Assembly: GCA_965112155.1 (NCBI GenBank)
Contig: OZ218108.1
From: Podarcis liolepis
Lineage: Eukaryota
Length of the DNA: 64,000 nt
Strand: one strand, 5' to 3'
Below the pieces are notes generated by a model, which did not search any database, was not told the origin of the DNA, and saw only the letters and a program-made list of their open reading frames with translations. The translations under genes and the position numbers were made by a program. Positions 26,734-39,212 of this stretch are shown here, piece after piece (position 1 is the stretch's first letter; each line of letters begins with the position of its first letter).

Positions 26734-27199
26734 CTGATTCACCTCCCCCAAGAAGCATAGGGAAGTAATGCTTAGAAATACTTCTCTGTGTACACCATTT
26801 TCTGAATTATTCCCTTCACATGCAAAAGGATGCTAAAATCTAACACTTTCAGTATTCAGGATGGCATGCACTGTCCCGCTGGACACACCATGCAAGAGAG
26901 TCAACATCCCATGTGATTTATTCACCTTCTTTCCCCATCAGCTTGTACAGTTCTGCCAGACCAAGACAAGAAGAACCTTGCATGCATTCTAGTGCTGCAC
27001 GTGAGGTTCTCTGGATTGGGGTCACTGCATATGACCTTCTAATTCTAGAAATGTTGCTTCTGCCCCTAGTTCTAGCTCTGCCTGGATACAAACGGGAGGT
27101 AATGGAAACTTCTCAACCCACTAGGTTAATAATACTGCAGTTCTTTGTGCATATCTCCAGGAAAACCATTATTGTACTGGACAAACAGAAAATCATCCA

Positions 27200-28265
27200 T
27201 GTTACTGCCTAGACATTTAGTAATTCAGTGTGATATAATTATTGACATGTCTATTTCTATTTATTCCTAAATTTCTCATTACCTTGTAGGTATGTGTGGA
27301 TTTTTCCCTTTTAAGAATACCGTTATTATTTTCTCTGAATTGCAGTCAAATTTGCCACAAGTAGTTGCTTCCCACCCACACCAGTGCTCTGGCATCTTCC
27401 TGATTTTGCATGAGTTTTCAGAAATAATTGCCAGTAGTTCAGCAAATTCATTAACTAATTCCCTTACGACTCTGTGATGCTTGTCATCCAGACCTGCTGA
27501 TTTGTATATTATTATTTTCTAAGTATTCCCACATCTGTGTATTTTTTTTTCTAATCCAACAGTTATATTGACAAGGTCTCCATTGTTCATCAGTACTACT
27601 TTTCTGTATTTTTAGACTGATATTAAAACTATCTACTATCTTACCCCTTTTAGACAAATTAAATCATTCATTAGTAGATCCACTTTGTGTTTACTATTTT
27701 TCACTTAGTATTTTAAAAATTATTGCTTCCTTTGGCTAGCATGGATCCATTTTGCATTTCTTCTGCCTTCATCTTTAAATTGCCTCAGATTTTAAAATGG
27801 CTGCCTTGCAAACTAATGATTTCCAAAGCAGTTATTTTCTACCCTCATATATTGAAACAGTCCCCTGTGAAACTACATGAGCTCTTCATGTTCAGTGCTT
27901 CTGGTACAATTGAGAAATCTTAAGGGTAGCAAGATTCTAGGTTGTTCTTACCTTCTCCCACTCATTGATTTTAATACACCCTCTCATTACACCATACTTC
28001 TCAGATTGCATAAATCCCATAAGGTTTATTTCTTGAAGTTGTTTTTGTGGTTTTATTCTGTTGCATTGCTCAGTGTGGCTGCACTGATAGTTTTTATTCA
28101 CTTGGTACAAATATTTCATATTTCAGCCTCCAGTTTTGTCCTTCGGCAAAGAACTTATACTAATAACTGCCTCTCCCATGATTTCATTCAGTTCAGCCAT
28201 GTGGTAATCAATGACTTTGATCATAGACATCTAGCTACATTTTGTCAACCAAGCATTTCATGAAG
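27200..28265 (-). mobile_element. Ancient CR1 LINE, middle part of ORF2
   Basis: Minus strand at about 27381-27503 reads KSAGLDDKHHRVVRELVNEFAELLAIISENSCKIRKMPEHW, matching CR1 KSPGPDxxHPRVLKELAxxIxEPLAIIFENSWxxGEVPEDW. Confidence 0.85.
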
Positions 28266-28329
28266 TTCCTATATATATATAAAAAAAGGCTAGATGGGAA
28301 TTAGGAAACCTCAATTAGCTATTGCCTTA

Positions 28330-28408
28330 GGCTGCAATCCTAACTCCACTTACTAGGAGTAAGCCTCACTGAGTATGACTTACTCCTGAGTAGACATGGT
28401 TGGGATTG
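28330..28408. repeat. Short hairpin-type interspersed repeat (ggctgcaatcct...cttac..gagtaag...ggattg family)
   Basis: Inverted ends caatcc/ggattg. Related copies near 23140-23190, 26079-26149, 36697-36790, 39398-39473 and 57381-57452. Confidence 0.65.
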
Positions 28409-30666
28409 AATTTTTTGTTACCATAATTTTTCATAAGAAAAAAGAATGGAGGGCACTGCCAAAACTAGCCAAAAAAAGCAAAGAGAGGAGGTGAGCCTCC
28501 AGAGTTCAGCAGGTGCCAGAACAGAGGACTTTTTGTAAATGAAGTTTTTATGAGTTTGCTCCTCAGGGACAGCAGTGCAAGTTCTTCTATATCAAAAAGA
28601 TGCTTTTGAAGCAATTTCGTTGTCGAAGCTTCATTGTCCCTAGAAATGTGCTGCTGAAGTCCAGTGTCTTCTTAATTTTACATTAGCTGAAAAGTGGGTA
28701 GCCATATACAGATGCACTGTAATTTGATTTCCTGGTTCCTGATCCCAGAAATAATACATGCCAAAAGAATCCTGCTTTCCTACATTGATTCCCTAACTTA
28801 TATTAGTATAAAGAAGCAGAGCCATGGGAGGCAGATAAAATGTTGTTCTTGTTCCCCGTCCTTTGTCCCTCAGTGGATATTTTTTTAAGCCCCATACAAA
28901 AGTCTGTGTAGAAAATGGCCTGCACTTGTATTCCTATGCAAAGTTTACTATCTGGTTCACTGTGATTTTGATCAATATTTTAACACATTACTTTATTCTC
29001 TTTATTGTGAGAATAAATAATATTGTGAGAATATTTCATTTACCATGAAATGACTTAGGCCTATTATTTCCTGCTACTACTTGGATACATGTTTTTGCCT
29101 CCTGCTCATTTCCATTTGGCAAAATTGTTATATAATGAGAAAATCAGATCAATGGAACATTCCATGGATGGTGGCCATAATGTTTTACTGTGAAATCCTG
29201 GAAAGATGTGCTACTCTTCGCCCCCCCCACCCCCGCTCTCTCTGATAGTTAACCATGAATATCTATGAGCAAAATGTGACATCTCAAATGTTATGAAGGG
29301 TCAGCATTTATACTTGACAGTATGAGAGGACTAAGATTTTAGAGCAATCCTAGTCAAGCAACAGATCATCATAATTGTAGAAACTAAAAAGTCATTGTAG
29401 CGATTGTACCACAAGGGAAATTGTTCATCCATCAGTAAGATTGTTACAAGGTAAGAGACAATGAGGAAAGGGAGTTAAAATTGCTTTAGCCCATTGAGTC
29501 ATCAGTTCCCTCTAGATTCAAAAGCCTGAATTGGTTTTGGAGAGAAGTGGCATAAGAGGATTGCTACGGGAAATCTTAACAAGTTGATCATAGTCTCAGT
29601 AACACTAGCAAGTGTAAGTATGATCTCTCCTAAGGAAAAGTGTAGGTTACATATTGAAGGAGAGAGAAAAGGATGGGAGTACAATTAGCACGTGTCTTCT
29701 CTCCCTTTTTTTGGTCCATGTGTATTTGGAAGATGGCTGTTCACAAAGGAAAACAGATGTGATAAATAGTGAAACATTCCCATCACTCTGCAAGTAATTT
29801 ATTGTAAATGTAGGCCTATATTTACAAATTAAGGTATACTGGCTTATGAGAGAGAGATCAGTGACAACATAAAGGGATAAATGTTAGTTGTACTATGGAT
29901 GTGGAAGATGTGGAAAATATTTGTGCAGAGTAGCATCCTACAGTACTAATATGTAAGATTAAAAATTGTGAATGGAGATTATTGACTACCTTTGTGTTCT
30001 GCTTAAATGCAATTAGAAGTGGGGACAATAATGTAATTGTGGCTACCTGTTTAAGAGAGCGTATAAAGTGGCCAATTGTCTTTTTGCAATTTTAGTCTAT
30101 TTGCTAAAACTTACAACATATGTGTGCCAGATTTATCTATGGGCAGGTGAGATATCTTTGAAAAAGTGCTATCTATCTTTTTCTTTGTGTTACAAGGAAT
30201 TCTTTGTGCCCTTAATGTCCCCAGGATGTTTGCTGTGATACAAAGCCCTTTGTTTTAAAGGTGCTTGTATGTGATGGTTAATGCATTTTATAAAAGGCAT
30301 CTGTGGAAGTGATATCCTTCTTTGAAGTGACCTGCCTTAAGTGTTAAGAGTGTAGGGGAATATATGTGCAAATTAGATTTGAAAAGCAAACCTCTGCGGT
30401 GGGATGTATATGCACTGTAGAAGGGTCTTTGTGTAATAGTTGCCTCTGGAAAGGGATCTCTTTATGGGAGTAGTAAGAATGTTGTTTTTGTAAGGAAGTG
30501 GCTTTGCAACTGTATGCTAGTATTACTATCATTGGTATGATCCAGCAGGGACTCAGAATATATATTTTTGTATCACTCCCATCCCAGAGACACCCAACCA
30601 CCCATCAGGAAAGCTCTCCTTCAGGGTAGGCCAGGGCCATCATGTCCTTTATTGTTGTAACTCCCA

Positions 30667-30838
30667 NNNNNNNNNNNNNNNNNNNNNNNNNNNNNNNNNN
30701 NNNNNNNNNNNNNNNNNNNNNNNNNNNNNNNNNNNNNNNNNNNNNNNNNNNNNNNNNNNNNNNNNNNNNNNNNNNNNNNNNNNNNNNNNNNNNNNNNNNN
30801 NNNNNNNNNNNNNNNNNNNNNNNNNNNNNNNNNNNNNN
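30667..30838. other. Assembly gap (N run)
   Basis: Run of N. Confidence 1.
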
Positions 30839-32239
30839 CCTGGGATCTGGAGGCTTCCCAGCAGCATCTCTGCATAATTGTGTTATATAGGAAGGGCTCT
30901 GAACTCTTTCAGGGCATCTGGTTGCTGGGTATTGGGGGGGATTATTAGATGCTGTTACTGTTTGGTTTATGAAAGAAACATGCAGGGGAGTAAAAGGTTT
31001 TGGGACTCCTTAGCCAATCAGTGTGAGAGAGGAAAAGCATATGTCAAGAACAATGATCCCAGATCCATCTCACTTTTCCAGAATACAGATTTATGGTGCT
31101 ACAGCATATATATATGTATGTATGTATTAATCATAATAGATTTAATCTGTGTTTTTGCAGGTGTGGGGGACCATCACCATAACCGCATACATTTGGTTTA
31201 TTAAAAGAGAGGCTTTATCTAAGTGGATATGAGTGTTTTAAGCACAAAAAAGTTGTTTCTCGGTCTGTTCACTTGATTCTTGCTTGTAGAAGAGTGAAAT
31301 GCCTGGTCATACAGGAAAGTGTACCTAATTAAGCAGCTGTCTTTTGGGAACAAGAAACACTGGAGAAAAGACGTTATGGTACTACTTCTGTTTGAAAGGC
31401 ACCCCAGCTTTCCTAAAACAAGGTCACATATACTGCTGCCTGAGAGCGCCTTGCTAATCAAGCCACTTAAGTGCTCAGCTTCCCAAGGTTCTGTTCCATC
31501 AAAAATTGGGAATATAAACATAATAGGATGATCAGACTACCAAAGGGCATTACTCCTACATCCTTACTCTTTGCAGACAAGATTTTTGCATGTTCAGCTT
31601 GTCAAGGATCTGCATCTGCCAAAATATCTGTTACTATGTAACTGTTGCAGGTATAGGAGAGTCTCTGCACCTGCCCCTAGTAGATTAGGATATTAGATTT
31701 GGACCAATGAGGCATGTATCCACTAAGTCTCCCACGTTTTCTCTTAAGTTTATTTCAGAACTATTAGCTTTCAGACCTGATTTCCTCTCTATAAAATGTG
31801 AATAACTGTGTAGGTTTGTTGTACGGGCAGTATCTTGAACTTTAAAACAAATGAAAATGAAAATAATTAACCCCGTTGGGAATGATCTAAATGGTTGGTG
31901 GAGAAAAGAGGCAGACAGGATACTTAGTACCAAACCGGAATCCTACCCCTTCTCAATGAGAGCCCTTTTCCTGTCTTAAGGCTGGTTAACAACTCCTTTC
32001 CCTTCCCTGGGGCTTAATTTGAGTCAAGAGTTCAGAAGCTCTTTTCAGTGCCAAGCTGCAGGCCTGGTGAAGCAGGGGAAGGCAGTGCCCCCCTAGCATG
32101 TGCAGAATGCTCCTCTCGCAGTTGTGAGTTGCCACAATCAGCCTTGGCACGGGCAGCCTGGATGAGAGGGCAGGCCTTGCGGGCTGCCAGGCTTCAGAAA
32201 ACCCCTCTCCCGTGCCCTGATGGAGAGGCTAACCTTTCA

Positions 32240-33170
32240 CAGCCCCAGGCCTGGCTGCGCACTTACGCAGCACAAGCAAGGCCCCCTTGATGCCAGGGGC
32301 ATGCACTCCCGGGTCAGGGTGCGCAGGATTTCAGCCTGGGTGCCCTTTCGCCAAGAAGGGGGGATCCGGGAGGGCGGGGGCTGCCTGCGCGCCTGGCGAC
32401 GCTGCTCCGGCCGCCGCCTGCGTCCCGCTCCTCAACTTGACCCCTGTGGCTCGCTGTCGTCGGGGGGCGGAGTGTCCTCCTCCCCCTCCCCCTCCTCCCT
32501 TCCCTCCGCCCGAGTCGCAGGCAGTGACGCTGTGCTTCTCCTTCCTTGTGTGTTGCAGGCACGGAGCGGCACGAGCTGACCTCGTGGAAGAGCTACGCGT
32601 CGATCTTCCGCTTCTTCGGCGACGCCATGGAGGCGAAGAGCAGCTCGGGCAAAGCGGCTCCGACGCGCCGCTCGCAGCGGATCCGCTACGAGGAGCTGTA
32701 ACCGGGCGGGTGGGCGGGCGGGAGCCGGCGCCTGCCTGCCTTCCCGCCTGCGCGTCTGGGCGGCGGCGCTCGGCAGTCCCAGCCCCTCATTAGATTGTTT
32801 TCTTCCTAGAGCACAGGGTCGCCGTGTCTACATCTAAGTAGCGTTTTGCATTATTTCTAGATGAGTGCAACTGTCAAAGCAATATGGGTTCACTGGTTGT
32901 GCTTCCTGTGGGCTGCGGCGGGGATTTCGGGCTGCCCATCAGTGCGCAGATTAAGGCTGACAGCAGCACCGCACCGCGCAGCCTGGTGCAGCTCTAATTG
33001 CCCTGACAGAGCCCGGCACCGAGCTGATGGCGGGCGGACGCGGCGCCTCCCGGGTCCTAGCGCCCGGCCCTCCCTCGCCCCTCCCTGCCGTCGGAGCTCA
33101 CATTTAGTTCTCCTTGATTTTAATGGTGGACTTCAACTCTCGCTAACCATGGTCCCGCCTACGCGTTAGG
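32240..33170. promoter_or_regulatory. CpG island over the FAM172A terminal exon
   Basis: Very high GC and CpG density, contrasting sharply with the upstream intron. Confidence 0.9.
32559..32701 (+). CDS. FAM172A: FAM172A (ARB2A, cotranscriptional regulator) terminal coding exon
   Basis: After the acceptor AG, the frame reads (G)[46 protein letters not shown]. This aligns without gaps to the human C-terminus [47 protein letters not shown] as I recall it. The convergent position next to NR2F1 is the known synteny. Confidence 0.96.
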
Positions 33171-35059
33171 CTCTTTAATGATTTCCCGCAAACGCTTTGG
33201 GCGGGTTTTTTAAAAATAATAATAATAATAAAATATTTCCGTGCTTTTTAAATTCAGGGGCCCTAATAAACTGTATTGACACAATGGTAGCGATCCTAAG
33301 CCTTTTACGTTTGTGAGACTTAAGTGTCGCGTCAATGTGTTTAGGATGCGCGTGTAACTCCAGCAATGGCTATTTTACTCTTTCTACTTCAGGCTGCGGA
33401 GAGGCTGCGCCACCCAAACTGAAACCATACATTTAATCAGTGGGTGCTTTGTTTGGTGTTTATTAATGAGGAAGACTTGAGCGACTTCAGCAAATCTGAG
33501 CATGGAAAGAGGACTTTAATTTACTTTCAAATGCGCCAAAACTACCGAGCGCTCTTTGCTTATGTGGTTCCTAGGGAGTTTGCTGAGTCATTAAAAACCC
33601 TAAAAGGATGTTTTAGCGACAGATGTAATATAGAGCAAATAATACCAGTATTTAAAATGTTGCTTCTAATACTTGGTTGAAACGTTTATTTTTTATTCTA
33701 ACAGAATCTCTATTTTGTGACAAATCAGATAGCGAAGAACTTTTTTAAAGATCCTGGACGCTCCCAGGACGCCGCCTCTCCGCCCTGGGCCTCCCGGAGC
33801 GAGGCCGGGGCAGCAGAGTTTTCCATTCCTTGCTGAAACAGGGTCCGCCTTTGCCGGGAGGGGCGACTTCCCCCCCTCCCTGCCGAAAGATCTTTTTTCT
33901 CACTCAATCTGTTGAACTCCTGAAGCCAGTTTCGATTTACCTTCACCGTCTGGTGACACTGTGAAATATTAATAGCAAAAAAGAAAGAAAGAAAAGAAGC
34001 ATGTATTACTGACGTTGCTAATCACTTTTGTTATAAGCAAGAGGACGTCGTTTTTACATTCCTTAAATTCCTCATGGCTTTCAATGAGTCCTGACTCTTT
34101 ATAATTCCACGCAGACCTAAAAATCCATCTGTTGTCACCGGGTGTTTCCAGTTACCATGATACTCACTCAGTAGGGTCTGCCTTTCACCCAACGCCGCAA
34201 ATTCACGGGCTTCTAAAACCCAAACTCGTGGCCAGTGTGGATAAAAGGAGTGGGGTCCCTATGGGCCTCATCTCACATCCCCCAAAGCTCTGCCCGACCC
34301 GGACTCCAAGCCTGGGGCGCCCTCTCCACGTTCTCGGCCAGGCCACGAGGCTCAGCTGACTGCCGGGAGTTGCTGCCCTGCGCGCGGCTTGCGCAGAGGG
34401 ATCCCCCCATCGGACGGCAACCCGGCCTCTTCCAGAGCAGCAGCGCCTGGCTGGTGCTCGAGTAGGCGCGCCGGGGCACCAAGGAGCGTTTGAACTTTTC
34501 CTGGCCTCCCCTCAGATGTTACCCGAGCGAAAGAGGGGGTCACATTTCATCTCATGCATGCATTCAGTGGCTGGGCGATTTCGTTAGATACCCACCACCA
34601 GCTCGTTTGAAAGGGAAGCTTTTGGGATTTCAGAACAGACGTGTTGGCGCACGTCTTTGAAAGCGCTGCTGTTAAGATTATCCCAAAGGGCGCAATTCGG
34701 GTTAAGGGGCCCTGTCGGTGCAAAGTGGAGAGAGAGAGAGACAAGGGCTTTCCCTTCCATCGGAAACCTGCCAGCGCCATCTCTCTGGGGGCAGATTCAA
34801 AGCCAGAGTCAAGTGGCTCCAAGTGCAGAGGTGAAGGTGGCCTGTCTCGGCGCGTCGGTTTCCTCGCCTGACCTCTTCTGCTCTGTGAAGGGGTGGCCTT
34901 TCAGACTGGCAAGTTGCACACCTACTCTTCTGTGCAGGGAGCATGAACGAGCCATAGTCGGGCAGGCTTGCGGCAGGAATAGTCTCCTGATCGCTTCCCT
35001 GGTGACCATCTCCCCCACCTGATGGTCCCGGTCTCCCGTTTCCCCGTTCTCTGGAACTG

Positions 35060-35062
<3 letters not shown>

Positions 35063-35105
<43 letters not shown>

Positions 35106-35106
35106 C
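35063..35106. repeat. (CT)n(CA)n compound microsatellite
   Basis: Seen directly. Confidence 0.95.
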
Positions 35107-35474
35107 CGCCTGGGCCCACCTTAACGTCAGCTTCAGGGTGGTAGACGGTCGACCTGGTCTTTTTTTCTTATCCATGCTTTTTCTTTCCTTAGCTGTGATC
35201 TTGTGGGCTTTTCCCACAGCAACCCTTAGACCTTACCCTGTCTTTTGTGAAAGCCTCTAGGGCTCTGCAAAGTGCCAAATCTCACCAAATGAGTTTTTTC
35301 CTCCTCTCCAAAGTGTCACGGTTGAGGTTTCTACTCCTTCCGGTGTGGTCCCACCAGCCCCTTGCTCTGTATCTCGTGCCGTTGCCTGGGTTGTGTTCTC
35401 GCTGCTTCTGGACCCAACTGTAAAGCACACAGGGAGCTGTTCAAAGGGTTGTCTCTTTCTGTTTACACTGAACC

Positions 35475-35480
35475 AATAAA
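35475..35480 (+). terminator. Probable distal polyadenylation signal of FAM172A
   Basis: AATAAA with upstream TGTA and downstream GT/T-rich tract (gatgtgactttcttgtctctggtcttgtt). Confidence 0.6.
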
Positions 35481-38400
35481 AAAATGGTTTCTCTTTTAAA
35501 ATGCGGATGTGACTTTCTTGTCTCTGGTCTTGTTAAGCAACTGTGCCAGGCGCAACAACTCAAAGGGATGTTCATTTGCTGCTGGCCGGACAAAACCTGT
35601 TTGCCAGGAGCAAGGGGAGCGCAGCAGCTTCCAGGAAGGATCTCTCTGACTCGGTTGCCCCTCAGCAGAGCGAGCCGCGAAAGAAAGATCTTCCTCCACC
35701 TGGGCCGTTTAAGACTGGGAATTATTTGCGTGGCCTCTGAACGTGTTTACGAATATCCAAGGCCTTGCAAAAATGCGAGGCGGGGGAAATCGCGTTTACT
35801 GTTAAAAGGGCTGGGGAGGAAAGGCACATATAGAAGCGAAAGGATGAATCGGACACCACAGTGCATGGGAATTCCTGCGAATGGGTATTGCGGAGGGTAT
35901 GTTTAGGAACCATTTTATCCAAACAAATTATAACCCCAGCTTTTGACAATTAAAAAAAATCGCCTGTGATGCAGCTCGGTCCCATTCACGCTTACCCAAA
36001 ACGAGGCGCCAGTAAGTTCCGAGGGGCTTCATCCCCAGTACCTGCGTATATGAGTGCAAAAGCCAAAAAAGAAAAAGAAAACCTTCGAAAGTGTTGTGTG
36101 GCGTCCAGCAAAGGTTCCGGGGCTTGAGCTTTCCCAATTTAGCGTTTATTTCATCCGAGCCATAAATTCTACCATGTATAAAAATCCCCAGCAGCAAATT
36201 ATGAAGCATTTTTAGGGTCATACATGGGCTTCTCCCCAGTTCGAATCAAGGGGTCTTTCAAGGGATGCCTGCATGGGATGAGGCTCGTTCATTTTCCTCT
36301 TGGAGCCATCGCTGGTCTTTTCTAGGAAGGCGCTTAAGGCTTGTCAGCCCCAACCAAGGAAGAGTGGCTTTCCTTCCTTGCACAACTGTCCTCTTATTGC
36401 ACCTTGCTGGCGTTAGAAAGTGGGAGAAGCTGGGAAAGGGGGCACCCTGGGTGCGGAAATCACTAGACCTTTTTACATGGATGGCACCAGAGGAAGGGCC
36501 AAGACCCTTCCCCAAAGGAATAGCCCTCCCGCCACCCAGCTAGCCTACTTTCCTGAGGTTACAGAAGGAGAAGCTCCTTCTGAAGTGCGGACTCCTGGAC
36601 CGGGACTTCTAGCAATGGGTCCAGTTCTAAGAATGGTTACCTGGAGAACAATAGTACCTAGTTCACAGGAGACCTGTTGTATAGAATTTCGCTGTAAGCC
36701 ATCCATCCCAGACATGTCAGGAAGTCAGTCTTACTCCCACTGAGTTGGATGAGGCTCTCTCGAAGGTAAGTGGAGATAGGATTGCAGCCTTCACGTGACC
36801 TGTACAGTTCTTATTTCTTTCTTTCGACCACGTGGGACCCTGCTCACTCCCAGCCAGCGCCGCTATGCAGTCTGCCCTTTCTGGACACACTGCTCTCTGG
36901 TGTGCATTTGAATCTTACCTACTAATGGGTCAAATCGATTAAAAAACCTCCAAATCGACCTACAGGATATTTGATAAAGGGCAAGCCGGGCAGGACCTCC
37001 AAGTGGGCGTTTGCTGCCCAAGCGCTGGGATGGGACTAACGGGGTGGGAGAGCTGTGTAGCTCCAGGATCTGATGGAAAAAGGGGAGCCGGTAACCTTTT
37101 TGGTGGCTTCTGTGATTCTGGATGCCTGGTGCAATGGACTCCACTCTGTGTCTGCTGGGCTAAGCCTGATCAAAACTTAGCTCCCAAACCGAACCTGACT
37201 ACTTCTGGCGGGGGGACGGGGGACTTGCATGTCCTTTATATCTGCCAAGGTGGGCCTGAGCTAAAAGCTTCCCCATCCAAGTCAGTGCACATTCTGACCC
37301 AGAAATGCGAGGAATCCTGTCCCTCCTTTCTGCTGCTGCTGACTAGAGATTTTCCCTCCACTGCAAAGGAGGTCTCTTAACTCCTTTCCATGAATATAAT
37401 TCGTGGGCCCTGGAGAATGGACGGATCCCACTACACCCGAATGACCCTTGGCATCCCCTCCTCTCCCAGGCCTTCGTTACTCTAGGAAAAGTAAGAGAGT
37501 CAGCTATAGACTGTAGCAGCATTAAACTGTGATCGTGCGTATGTGACTGGGGGTGTACCTCCCAGTCGAGGGACAGTGGTGCAAAATATCTGAAACACAC
37601 ACACACCCTTGAAGCATTTTAGCTTTTAGCTCGGCATCTGAGCTGTGTAGCAGTAGCAGTAGCAGTAGCAACGATCTCCTTTAAAACACACTTGGGAGGA
37701 ATTAATGACCGAATGGTTGGTTTAATTGATTCCTCCTTGGATTGGTGGCTCCAAGTTTCACACCGCTGGTCTGTTCACAAGCTGATGTCTTGAGGAGTTA
37801 CCATAAATCTGGGCTAAGCCCGCTCGGCTGAAAGAGAGCTCCGGCAGTCCGGGGAGGGGTGGAGGCTAAGGCAGAGGATTGTTCCTGGTAAAGAATGAGC
37901 CAGGGGCCAAGGCTGTCAGGATAGAACCGGGATCCTGAAAGTGGGTCCCTCTTTCACTTGGGACAGTGAAGTAGCTGGAGCCCAGGAAACACCAACACAC
38001 ACCCCGCTATAAGTTTTAGAACAAGTTTAGTGCCAAAGATCTGTAATGCCTTAAAGGAGAGAGAGTGAGAATCGATACAACTGGACCAGTTCGTAGTTAC
38101 GCCGAACTCTGGATGGAGCGAATGAAGAGGGGCAACGCGAAAGGAAGGTGGAACAAGCTCTTACTTTCCATTCTACTTTGACTAGGCAAAGCACCTGTAA
38201 GAATGTTCCAGTTTTGCACCAAAGCAGCTGAACGGACAGTTATGAACACATTCTGACTATGGGGCTCTAGTTTTGCCGGCTAAGAGGATCTGTTTACCAT
38301 CAAAGGTTGCACCGGGTTTCAACTCCTGGTTGGGCGGGCCTGTATCCATATCTCCATATCTCTATATCCACCTGTAGTATATAATCCCAGGATTTATTTC

Positions 38401-39006
38401 TGCAGGACCCCCGTCTCCTTTTAACCAAACGTATTATTTGTTAACCGCCCAATAACCCCGTGAAGTTTCTTCCTGAGAAAATTTTCCCATTTTACAGATG
38501 AACAAATAAGGTCGACAGGCCCCTGGCTAGTATCTGTCCTTTTAAAGTAAAACTCTGTTTGGGTTCATGACAAAGAGAGTTTCTGTGCATGCCGCAAGGT
38601 CCTTTTATGCAGCTTAGTACCTTCATTCTTATACATAAATTGACGTGGATTCCTAATCAACTAAAGTGGGACGTTTAAATATTTCTTTTCTCAGAGGAAG
38701 CGCACTTATTCTCCCCCCTCCCCCCCCCCAGGAACCAATTCTCAAGTACAATTGAAAGCTGTCATATAAGACGACGGCAGTCTGTGTGCCTGCGCTCGAA
38801 TTTCTATTCCTGTTGAAGTTAAAGTAACCTGTTAAAGGATGCGGAGTGTATTTCTGTGTGTATCTGATAGACAGATCACGCTAATTGTTGACTTAAGTCC
38901 CCCAAAGTGTGAAAAAAGAACTTCCCCAAACTTTGCAAACGCTGTCATTGCTCCTAATCCCCCACATTTTCCACTTTTCTTTCCAGTTTCGGATTGCGTG
39001 TGTTTG

Positions 39007-39212
39007 NNNNNNNNNNNNNNNNNNNNNNNNNNNNNNNNNNNNNNNNNNNNNNNNNNNNNNNNNNNNNNNNNNNNNNNNNNNNNNNNNNNNNNNNNNNNNN
39101 NNNNNNNNNNNNNNNNNNNNNNNNNNNNNNNNNNNNNNNNNNNNNNNNNNNNNNNNNNNNNNNNNNNNNNNNNNNNNNNNNNNNNNNNNNNNNNNNNNNN
39201 NNNNNNNNNNNN
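39007..39212. other. Assembly gap (N run)
   Basis: Run of N. Confidence 1.

Larger units (their letters stand above)
1..32558 (+). other. FAM172A: Last intron of FAM172A/ARB2A (5' part lies outside the window)
   Basis: Ends at a canonical acceptor (cttctccttccttgtgtgttgcag, AG at 32557-32558) with a branch-like TGAC at 32525-32528. I did not find the expected penultimate exon ([28 protein letters not shown]) by eye. The region is AT-rich and contains TEs. Confidence 0.8.
32702..35500 (+). other. FAM172A: FAM172A 3'UTR (3' end inferred)
   Basis: Follows the stop codon. Candidate AATAAA signals at 33227, 33265 and 35475. Confidence 0.6.

Noticed and set aside
32287-32793. 168-aa Pro/Ala-rich ORF and other ORFs over the CpG island
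   Set aside because: Alternative frames of the FAM172A exon. The true frame is the spliced one ending at 32701.
32702-33200. MIR2277 or POU5F2 orthologues, known from the human locus
   Set aside because: No convincing pre-miRNA hairpin or POU-domain ORF seen, and these are mammal-restricted as far as I recall
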